Shown here piece after piece: positions 36,697-47,094 of a DNA stretch of 64,000 nucleotides. Where the stretch lies: positions 93,620,001 to 93,684,000 of the forward strand of contig NC_042997.1 in assembly GCF_006345805.1 (NCBI RefSeq), read 5' to 3'. The position numbers were made by a program, and so were the translations under genes. The stretch's first letter is position 1; each line of letters opens with the position of its first letter. Below the pieces are notes generated by a model, which ran no database searches, was not told the origin of the DNA, and was given only the letters and a program-made list of their open reading frames with translations. This DNA comes from Octopus sinensis (Eukaryota).

Positions 36697-37408
36697 CGAA
36701 CAGTGTTGTGGTCCACTGACGTTTGTGCCGCTGTTGTCTATGTTGATTTCACCCGCGTGTTTTGTTTTAATTTTTCTTTGTGTTTGTATATTACGTATTT
36801 TCCTGTGCTTCTGTGTGTTAGTATTTTTCTATGCTTTTTCTGAGTGTTAGTATTTTAAATACTAAGTTGGCCCCTGACTTGGTTGGCTATCTACACCTGT
36901 TTATATCGAACACAAACAGACATTTGCGTGTTGTTAAATATATATTTCAGGAAAAACAGCCCTCTTTATATTCAATAAGCTTGGTGGTACCTTGGAGGTA
37001 CATATCATTGTGACAAACGTATTAATTACCAAGGTGATCCACGACTTGACTGGTTATCCAGGCCGGTTACACGAAGTATAGGTGTGAATGTGTGTTGTTT
37101 TATATAATTTCGGGAGACATTAATGTATTTCTACTAATGCTAAGTTTTATGGTACCCTGGTAGTACTGCATTATTACATATATTAAATACCAAGGTTGCT
37201 CTCGATTTAGCTGGTTATCCACGCCAGGTAAATCGAAAACAGACTTACATAAAGTACAGTTGGGTGTGTGTATATATGAAGTAATGGCTGAGGTGGAATT
37301 GTGTAACAATCATGCATTTCTTAAATGAGGAAGAACAAACACTCCATCGCGATTCTTCCACGTTTCTTTTACATTCTTTAACTTTAATTGCCACGACAAC
37401 GAAGCTTC

Positions 37409-38384
37409 TGTAACGGACGCTTAAAGGAAAATCTCTCTCTCTCTGTTATATATACATGAATACGGACATAGTAGATAACAGCTAGCCCTCGGCTGCACTT
37501 TTGCACCCTGATGTGTCCATGCTGATTGGTTGGTATTGGCGCAATTTGTCTCTTGCTCTATTATGCACCAATATGCAACCCAACCAATAGCAGCCTTCTG
37601 ATAAGGTCACGTGAGACAGTCATTTCTAAACCTCAGTTTGCGCCGACTGTTCACTATAAAATGCTAGCTTCAATACCGTCTTTCGGTTCCAGACCTTCTA
37701 AGGTCTAACACACTGCCAGTTCCAGCGACAACCACAACAGCAGCTCACGTGGAGACTCAACTTTCAGGATCTCCATCTCTGTCGCCTCCGTCTTAATGTC
37801 ATCAACAACATCTCTCTACACACACAGCAACCAGCAACTATCACACAGGTTCTATCCCCTCACTGTTTATGAATTATTTCACCATGGTTTACAGCGGGTA
37901 CAACCTGCAAGAACTTCCTGTATCAAGTGACCGGCAGCAGCATAGTAGCCACAACATCTTACAAGACATGTGCCTCAACCAGTTCCGCTTCTTCATCACA
38001 ACTTCTTGTTACAGCACTTCAACTATTGTGTACCTTGGCTACAAACTTGTATTTATCATCCTTGTGTCTGAACATTCTTCTAACATCATATTATAGACTC
38101 TTTCAATGCTCTGTACTTAACACACGCGCATATATTCCATGTTTGTACACATACATTTTGTATACATGATGACCTGTCTATTATTATATATGTATTTATG
38201 ACACACACACGCAGGCACACATATTAACCTATCAATAAAATCTCTTAAAATTCTACCGGTTGTGTCTCTCTTTTCCTTCTGGCACTTGTACTCATTCATA
38301 CTTTTCGTATTTATTGTAATCAACCGTGTGATGTTCTAAAGGAGTCCCATTCTCATCACCGCTCCTTCGCACGGTCATTCTACA
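37409..38384 (+). mobile_element. Solo LTR (976 bp, gypsy-like)
   Basis: TGTAA...CTACA termini; 4-bp TSD CTTC (37405-37408 and 38385-38388); CCAAT boxes, E-box GTCACGTG, TATAAAA at 37655-37661 and AATAAA near 38234. Confidence 0.8.
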
Positions 38385-38454
38385 CTTCTAAGGAAGAAAA
38401 CTTCCACAAAACCCAACGTCCAAAGTACATGTGGTGTATATATAAGTATATATA

Positions 38455-38489
<35 letters not shown>

Positions 38490-38490
<1 letters not shown>

Positions 38491-38578
38491 GAGGAATAGC
38501 CACCAAAGTGGATTCCTAATATGCAATTTGGCGTCTTCTTCTAGTATATTAGGAATCCACCTTGGTGGCTATTCCTCC
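38490..38578. repeat. 89-bp hairpin (32-bp arms, 31/32 paired) flanked by TA
   Basis: GAGGAATAGCCACCAAAGTGGATTCCTAATAT (38491-38522) versus ATATTAGGAATCCACCTTGGTGGCTATTCCTC (38546-38577). Confidence 0.85.
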
Positions 38579-38698
38579 TATTTATATATGTAATGTAATT
38601 CATAGTCTTTGGACATTTTTAAGTATGCTAGCCACTGGTTTAAATTAATATTAATTAATAATATTAATTTCTACCCTCATTATTTAACCTTAAATATA

Positions 38699-39190
38699 TC
38701 ATCATCATCATCATCATCGTCGTTTAACGTCCGTTCTCCATGCTAGCATGGGTTGGACGGTTCGACCGGGGTTCTGGGAAGCCAGAAGGCTGCACCAGGC
38801 TCCAGTCTAATTTGGCAATGTTTCTACAGCTGGATGCCCTTCCTAACGCCAACCACTCCGTGAGTGTAGTGGGTGCTTTTTACGTGCCACCTGCACAGGT
38901 GCCAGGCAACGGCCACGGTCAGATTGGTATTTTGTGCCACCGGCACGGAAGCCAGTCGAGGCGGTGCTGGCATCGGCCACGAGTCGGATAGTGCTTTTTA
39001 CGTACCACCAGACCAGGGATCCTGGCTGGTTCAATTCATTTCGATTTCGCTTGCCCCAACATGTCTTCACAAGCAAAGGGGTTGGCAAGGGTGCCTGTCG
39101 TATCGCATTGGAGTATTTACGTGCCACGGCCACGATCGGATAGTGCTTTACGTACCACCAGACCAGGGATACTGGCTGGTTCAATTCGAT
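38699..39190 (-). mobile_element. Young RTE-type 3' element with an internal duplication
   Basis: (CAT)n tail and family body; a segment of about 60 nt (GGCCACGA..CGGATAGTGCTTT..GGTTCAATTC) occurs at about 38977 and again at about 39128. Confidence 0.75.
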
Positions 39191-39316
39191 TTAGATAGAT
39201 AGATAGAAGTTGTTAAAACATAGTTTTCTTTATGAAACAAACTTAAGAGTGACCTCTCCTCTTCACTTTTTCCTTCTTCAATCCAAAACAACTTTTCCCA
39301 CTCACCGAGAAATTAA

Positions 39317-39626
39317 GACTTGGTAAACACCCACAAAGTTATCAACCACCTCACCAACAACAACACTGAACACCTTTTTGATCTCCATGTGTCTAACACA
39401 CGTGGACATGCCTACAAAGTCAGAAAACAATACAGCTCCCATGACTTTCGGAAACATTTTTTCACGCTCAGAGTTGCTGAAGCATGGAATAAACTGCCTG
39501 CGTCAGTTGTTGACTGCCATGACACTGCATCTTTTAAGGCCCTCATGCTTTCCGAAATCCGCCGAAACTACACCTGATTATATATACACTTTAGATGAGT
39601 TGTAGTGCACCTGAGCACTGTACACA

Positions 39627-39657
<31 letters not shown>
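39317..39657 (+). mobile_element. CR1-clade LINE 3' fragment, same family as 33546-34135
   Basis: ORF 39320-39577 THKVINH...TRGHAYKVRKQYSSHDFRKHFFTLRVAEAWNKLP; shared UTR GTGCACCTGAGCACTGTA and (ATT)n. Confidence 0.9.
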
Positions 39658-39659
<2 letters not shown>

Positions 39660-40525
39660 AATGTATGTGTGTGTGTATTTCTTCCAACATAATATTGACT
39701 TTTTTGACATTTGGGTTCTTAAAACATTTCTTATTATCTTTATTTTTTAAAAGTATTTTTATTGCAAATAAAGTTGATTTCTTCCAACATTAATTAGTGT
39801 AAATATAATCAGTAAATTCAGCATTAATAATAAAAGGTGCTAATTAAGAACATTTCGCAAAAACATATAAGATACAGGGATTGTTTTCCTTGGGACAAAT
39901 TCTTTGTTGACCAGTGCTATTCTTATTGTAGTTTACAAATCCAAGCATGAAAACGTTACTCAACTTTGGAGTTTTGGAAACAGACGCACACATCACACGC
40001 ACATACATACACTTATATATTAATGATGTACATAAATACAGGGCAGGTATACATAATACTGAAATATGCATAAAGTAAACACAGGCAGACAAATATATTA
40101 ATATAACAAATTTAAAACAAATAAAAATAATACTATCAAAGAATGAGAAAGACTAGATCCAGACGATACATGTTGATTTTATTAGGTATTTCTGTTTATT
40201 AACAAATCTACATTGAAACTAGGTATTTCTGTTTATTTACAAACCTACAATGAACAGGTCAGACGCTACATTTCACAGGGAACAACCTTAAAGTTGACAC
40301 TGCTCCGCTAAACAAAGAAAATTTCTGCCTTGCTATTGGCTAAAAAATACCCAGTTTCTTTGATTTTTAAACCTCTGTAACCTTTTTCTCCCATTTTTCT
40401 TCTCCATGACATCATACCATCAGAGCAGTGTTGAGTGGAGTGCTACATTATTATAGCCAATTTCCAGAATTTTACTGTCTTATACAAAAAGTATATTTTG
40501 CGAATGAAAACTAGATCCATATATA

Positions 40526-40582
<57 letters not shown>

Positions 40583-41300
40583 ATAAGGAAAGTAAGACAA
40601 GGTAGAAAATACTAAAATAATTTTATCATGAAGAACATTTTAGTATACAGTGGAGTGTTAGTATCCATATCTGTTCAAAATCAGGCTCCAACAATTATAA
40701 ATATAAATAAAATATAGGTATGAACATATATAAAAAGATGTGATTCAAAGTATAGCTACAAATCTCCAAGCGCTCCAATACTAATACTAATAAGATATAC
40801 ATTTACACCATAATCCATGTGTGCACAATATTTTATATGCAAAACCATACTTGTCTTTACCTATTCTCTAAAACTCCCCGCATATGCACATGTATATGAT
40901 AACATAAATATATCTATAGATCCACAAATACTCCAATTAGAATATTAATTAGATACATATTTTTATACCTAGATTAACACGTGTACTCCAATTTATACAT
41001 ACAGACCCAACCCAGTCCAAATTCTCATCTTGAACTCTGCATATTTATATATGTGTATATTCATTTTCAAAATATGTATGAAGATATCTAAAAAGAATCA
41101 ATTGAATCCTACATAGTTTGCCATATATACCAATACAAGTATGAGCACATATTTATTCATACATGTCCTAACTTATGACTACACATATATATTTGGATTA
41201 CTACATATAAATGAATATATATATACACACATATATATTCCCACATATATGTGTGTGTGTGTATAAATATATATATATTATATACATATATATATATATA

Positions 41301-41831
41301 CTTGTGAAGACGTGTTGAGGCAAGTGAGGATCAGAATCGAAATCGATCAATGGAAATTGCGGATGTGCAACCAGTGCCGGTGGCATGTCGAAACTCTGCT
41401 TGTGAAGACCCATTGAGGCAAGTGAGGATCAGAATCGAAATCGATCAATGGAAATCGATCAATGGAAATTGCAGATGTGTTACCAGTGCCGGTGGCATGT
41501 AAGAGAACTTTCCGTTTCGCGACCGTTGCCAGCACCGCCCCGTTTCGTGTCCGTTGCCAGCCTCGCCTGGCCCTCGTGCCGGTGGCACATAAAAAGCACC
41601 ATCCGTTCGTGGCCGTTTGCCAGCTCTGTCTGGCACCAGTGCGGGTGGCACGTAAAAAGCACCCACTACACTCACGGAGTGGTTGGCGTTAGGAAGGGCA
41701 TCCAGCCGTAGAAACACTGCCAGATTTGACTGGGCCTGATGAAGCCTTCTGGCTTCACAGACCCCAGTAGAACCGTCCAACCCATGCTAGCATGGAAAAC
41801 GGACGCTAAATGATGATGATGATGATGATGA

Positions 41832-41834
<3 letters not shown>
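41301..41834 (+). mobile_element. Young RTE-type 3' element with a tandem duplication of about 98 bp
   Basis: CTTGTGAAGAC...GAGGCAAGTGAGGATCAGAATCGAAATCGATCAATGGAAA at 41301 and about 41399; family tail and (ATG)n. Confidence 0.75.
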
Positions 41835-41880
<46 letters not shown>

Positions 41881-41915
41881 TATATAGATAGATAGATAGA
41901 TAGATAGATAGATGT
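41810..41915. repeat. (ATG)n(TA)n(GATA)n compound microsatellite
   Basis: Direct reading. Confidence 0.95.
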
Positions 41916-42179
41916 GTGTGCATATACACACACAGATATGTATATAAAAGTAATAATATTAGTAATATATACTCACACATACATGTATAAATGCACACAA
42001 GCATACATACCTAACTCAATATATACCTACTCATATATACATCTGCATATATATAATATAAAATAACAACAACAATACGAATAATTATTATATCAATAGA
42101 GGTTTAAATACTAGGTGCTAGTGGTATTTGGAAAAGGTATGCCTAGTTTTATGAAGACAGGACACATTTCATTCCTTAA

Positions 42180-42650
42180 GACTGTTTATAAGCAGAAGTT
42201 AGGCTTTAATTATAAAGAAAATTTCATTAATACATAATATACATGTATGTGGGAGCAACCAAAAGCAATATGAAACAGAGGCTGAATCACCATAGGTATA
42301 CATTTACAAACAGAAATAGGAGGAATTCTACGGGATTAAGTAACTACATATGGGAACTTTAAGGATGATGTATGCAAATATACTCCATACATCATCTCAA
42401 AAATGCAAATATACCCTATACTCTATCATGGTCCATACTGGAATCAGTACTTCCCTACCAAGGTCAATGCTCAATCTGCAAGCCTTGCCTGAAGGAGGCA
42501 CTACATATATTAAAGCACAGCTCTCCAACACTGCTTAATAAACATAACAAGGCACTAAGCACATGCAACCGCCGCTTTTATCACACTTTTAAATTCTACC
42601 ACAAATCCAAATGCCAGAATGACCATACAGTACATTTCCGCAATACACCT
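42180..42650 (+). mobile_element. Decayed Penelope-like GIY-YIG endonuclease region
   Basis: YVGATKSNMKQRLNHHRYTF...NSTGLSNYIWEL* and KNANIPYTLSWSILESVLPY....ICKPCLKEALHIL...LLNKH...STC (ORF 42372-42653). Confidence 0.75.
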
Positions 42651-43689
42651 TAGGTAATCCCAATAACCTATAAATTTACACTATAACTCATAATCCCTAT
42701 CTAGTTTCTCACATATACAACTATCTGATTATAATCGTATGTATGTACACACACCCATGCGCTTGTATATATGTATGAGTGAAGGTATGCATATATGCAT
42801 GCATGTGGGTATATGCAAACATACGTACATATGCAAGGTATATATACCTGCATATGCAGGGGTGATGATACCTGCAGATGAGCATATAAGTGAGTGTGTA
42901 TGAGTGCATACGCATGCGAATAAGGATTGTGTATGTAACTTATCTGATATATACACGTATATACACCTTCACATATATATTTTCTCAGATTACTAAGCAC
43001 TGAACTGCTACTTCCTTAATTCTTCATATCTTTGCCCCACAATTAGACTCTACTACTATACATTGGTCACTCCTTTACCTCTTACCCCCCCCCCCCACCA
43101 TTCCTCTATCTTTTACACTATAATACCTTTCTCTCTCTATCCCCACTCCTACTTTCAGATTATCTCCACTAACCACTGACTGATCTATATCTTGATTTTT
43201 CTTTTTTCTTTATTCCTATCTTCAGGGTTTTTATTCTTTATTTTTTTTATTATTTTGTTATTTTTACTAATCTTCTCTCTCCTTTCTCTTTCATTTTTCA
43301 TTCTCTCCTCTTTTTTCTCTTCCCTTTTTTTTTCTCTTTCTTTCATTCCTCTCTTCCTGTTTTCAATTTGACCATACTAATACACTCCCTATTTCTAGAT
43401 CATTTTAAATACAAGCCTTTGACTCTGCAACACTATCTATAAATTCCCTACTGGGAATGACCAAGTTTAAAAATCTGCTGGATCTCACTCATAAGGAAAT
43501 CTTACATTGCTTATAAACTCTATATTTAGGACTCATATTAAACTCTGTTGAACGTTTGGATTTTACTCAAAAGATATTGAAATATTACATATATACCGTT
43601 ATGCCTATAAAACACATTTACAACTTCAATATCCATACATATTTTACATCTATTTGTATCACATCTAAACTATGACTTAATTTTCCTCT

Positions 43690-44760
43690 CACACCGTCTT
43701 GTTAAAAACCATATGTTTATCCAACAATGCAGAAACTGGCAGAAACTATTTCTGTTCTCTTGCATCTCTCTCCATGTGCATAATGTGAAATCAGGCTCCC
43801 TTACATCTTCTCTCAAGCAACAGTTCCAGCTATTTAAGTCCACACCAACCACTTCTCACCTCAATTTGATATCGATCACGGTGCCTACCAACAAGCAACT
43901 GATAAACCTTAAGTACACAGTCAATGCCAAATTCAGTGAATTTGACATAAATGAGGCTGTCCGTCTCCTCTCTTCTCTATCCTCCCTTGCTCTGTGTGAC
44001 TCTGAGTCTCTTAGATGTCTGAAAGAGATGCACCCACTGGGACCCCCAGACAATCAACTGAACTGGCCCAATCCCCCAGAATACTTGAGACCAGTCTTCA
44101 CCTTTGATAACATCAGATAGGTGATTTCATCCTTCCTTGCTGGTTCAGGTGCAGGAATTGATGGCTTTCAGCCTCAACACCTCAAGAGTGGTATCTCCTT
44201 ATTGGTTAGTCATACCGAACTTGAGCTCTTAGAGAATTTGACTCAATTTGTGAACTAGTTCTCTTCAGCAAACGTCCTCCCTTATATCCACCCACTATTC
44301 TTTGGTGCAAAATTATTCAGGCTCTCTAAACCCAATGGCAACCTTTGCCCCACTGCTGTTGGCTTCACCGTCTCACTGCGAAGATGTGCTTACAATCAGT
44401 CTCTAGCTTATTGGAGGAGGAATTCTGGATGCTGTGGTCGGGGTGAGATCCATAGCTTCTGCGGCTGAGCAGAACAAAATCTTGAAATACCACGATCTAT
44501 CAGCCAACTTCATTTTTCATCCTGTGGTGTTTGAGATGCTTGATGGGGTTGGACCACTAACTGTAAGATTCCTGTCTTGACTGGCAGCTCGCCTTGCAGA
44601 GGTAACTGGTGAGGCCTGTGAGGGTGCTTGGCTGTTCCAGCGCATCAGCCTTGCCATCACATGTGGTATCACTGCAAGCGTGCTGGTTGCCTCAATAGCC
44701 ATTAAAGAGGTTTCTCAGTGCCCCCAACTTTTCGACCCAAGGTGGCGAATTGTTTTTGGT
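43690..44760 (+). mobile_element. Internally deleted CRE-clade-like non-LTR retrotransposon
   Basis: RT N-terminal motifs SFLAGSGAGIDGFQPQHLK...LLENLTQFVN...IHPLFFGAKL..LSKPNG.L.P.AVG..LRR are joined almost directly to REL C-terminal motifs AAEQNKILKY..L...F.PVVFE...G...LFQRISLAI.CG..ASVL; in-frame stops present. Confidence 0.7.
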
Positions 44761-45465
44761 TTTTTTCTCTTTTTTCCTTCTCTCTTTTTCTTTTTAATTT
44801 TTTCAATTGTGTTCTGTTTTGTCCAATTTTCTAACTTAATTTTGTAAAATGGTAAACACTGTGAAGGCAATAAAATTTGATATATTTTAGTTACTGATCA
44901 TGCGATTAAGTAATGGTAATAAATAAATTGATAAATAAATATCAAATTCAGTGTGTTTACAGCTTATATTTTTGTGCATAAAAATATCAGTATTTAAGCA
45001 CTTACAGTATATAGAGAAATAAAACATTTGAAAAGAAATGTTGGGGAATAAATAAGAATGAAGTAATATCATAAATACACCATATACCATGGGCCTGTTT
45101 TATAGGGGGCAAAAGTGAGGATTGCCCTGGGCCACCCACGATATTGGGGGTAGAAGCCTGCTATGAAGGGCATGGAGCACTCTATATAGAGAGGCCCCCA
45201 CCTCCCAGTAATCTTACATGAAGAGGCTCCCTTTCAATATACAAACATTTTGACAGCTTAAAAAATGTAACGAATTCTCTTTTATCATAAATAACCATAG
45301 ATTCCTTTACCAATTTATTCAATTAAATTTATTCAGTTAAAGAACTACTACTGAGTCCCAAAAGCAGCTACAATTTCCAAGAGAATTATTGTTGCTTTTG
45401 GGACAACTACGGAGAAAAGGAAGGTAACAAATGTGTGTATACATGTATTTGTTTGTGTGTGTAAA

Positions 45466-45550
45466 TAGACTACACGTGTTTCGTGACTATATTTTCAACC
45501 TGATAACAGTAAAATCAATTCAATTTAAATAATATCACTCATCAGGTCCA
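45466..45550 (-). ncRNA. Type I hammerhead ribozyme motif, inverted partner copy, intact core
   Basis: Reverse complement reads TGGAC-CTGATGA-GTGAT...GTCAC-GAAA-CACGTG-TA/GTCTA; predicted cleavage between 45471 and 45470. Confidence 0.7.
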
Positions 45551-45728
45551 AGATAAAAATAATAAAATAATTAAATAAATATACTTATAAGAAATTATAA
45601 ATCTATATAAAAATACGTAATTTTTCAATAAAAAATCAAGCAAAATTCAATAATATATCTTAAAATTTTTATATATATTTATATTTTCTTATAAGTATAT
45701 TTATTTAATTATTTTAGTGTCTTTATCT

Positions 45729-45813
45729 TGGACCTGATGAGTGACTATATTTAAATTGAATTGATTTTACTGTTATCAGTTTGAAAATATAGCCACGAAA
45801 CACGTGTAGTCTA
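45729..45813 (+). ncRNA. Type I hammerhead ribozyme motif (Penelope-type), intact core
   Basis: Stem I TGGAC/GTCTA; core CTGATGA 45734-45740; stem II GTGACTATATT/AATATAGCCAC (10/11 paired); GAAA 45797-45800; palindromic stem III ACACGTGT; predicted GUA cleavage after 45808. Confidence 0.75.
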
Positions 45814-45942
45814 TTAACTAATTATATACTACTTATTTATTATTTTGTACTTTATTTATCGTATATTTAATTTTTTTTCTGAATGGTATGATTTAATTAT
45901 ATCATTGTTGAATTGCTACATGGTGATTCTTCTCTAATTTAT

Positions 45943-45977
<35 letters not shown>

Positions 45978-46164
45978 TATACAATTTAAAAAAGGATAAA
46001 ATCTATATAAGAAATTATCAAGTAGTTAGCGTGAAAAACTTCATAAGAGAAAAATATATTAATTTTTCCCTTTAAATATATTTATTTGTATTAAGGGCAT
46101 TACTATACATAAATGTCTCACGCTAGGAGGGACTCTTAAAGTCAAAAACTACCATAATAAACAC

Positions 46165-46389
<225 letters not shown>

Positions 46390-46979
46390 TGTTTGTTGGG
46401 CACACAGAAATATACATACACATGCGTGTGTGTGTGTGTGGTTGCCTCAGTATATCATTTAATTTATGGGACCCAAATTCCAATTACTGACAACTTCACA
46501 ACTTCATACAACTTCAGAAATTATAAATATATATATAAAAGTAAATAACTGATTTTTTACAAGTACTGTTTGTGTCGTTTAAGGCGAATAATTCATTACT
46601 AATTAATTTAGCATATTCATCATTATAAATAAAATAAATTACTGAAGCTAATTACTCAGAGACGCCATCCGCATGAAAAACAAATGCAAGATTACAACAA
46701 AAATACTTGAAGTATCAGTATTTTTAATTACTCAAAGATGTAATTATAAATACTTATGCATGAATATATTAAATTTCGTATGACCATCGCTATAAGTATT
46801 TTATTGTGAACCTATCTAAAATTTCATTTTTTGTTACTCTTCAACTCGCAATGTTTACCCGTGTATTTTGGCTTTACTAAATTAGGTGTCAGCTGAACAA
46901 CAGAATAAGAGAATAACTTATGTTCGCATTTGTTTATATTCCTCTCATTCCTTAGTAAACAGCTGTGTTGTCTTCGGGT

Positions 46980-47094
46980 GCAAATATTCCCAGAGTTCTC
47001 GTTAGAAACATGGCGGCACGACTTATGGTAGTACACAGATAGTCAGGCAATGGAAGTTCTTTTGTATTTATGACTCTTTTCTGACTAGGTAAGC
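46980..47094 (+). promoter_or_regulatory. Probable FBXW5 promoter-proximal, non-coding first exon
   Basis: CpG-retaining segment with the YY1-type motif AAACATGGCGGC (47006-47017), followed by a strong donor CTAG|gtaagc after 47088. The exon start is not determinable, and the link to the 61073 acceptor is inferred. Confidence 0.5.

Noticed and set aside
38880-41500. Short internal repeats with spacers that might suggest a CRISPR-like array
   Set aside because: Only two units each, inside eukaryotic retroelement bodies; no regular spacer length and no cas genes.
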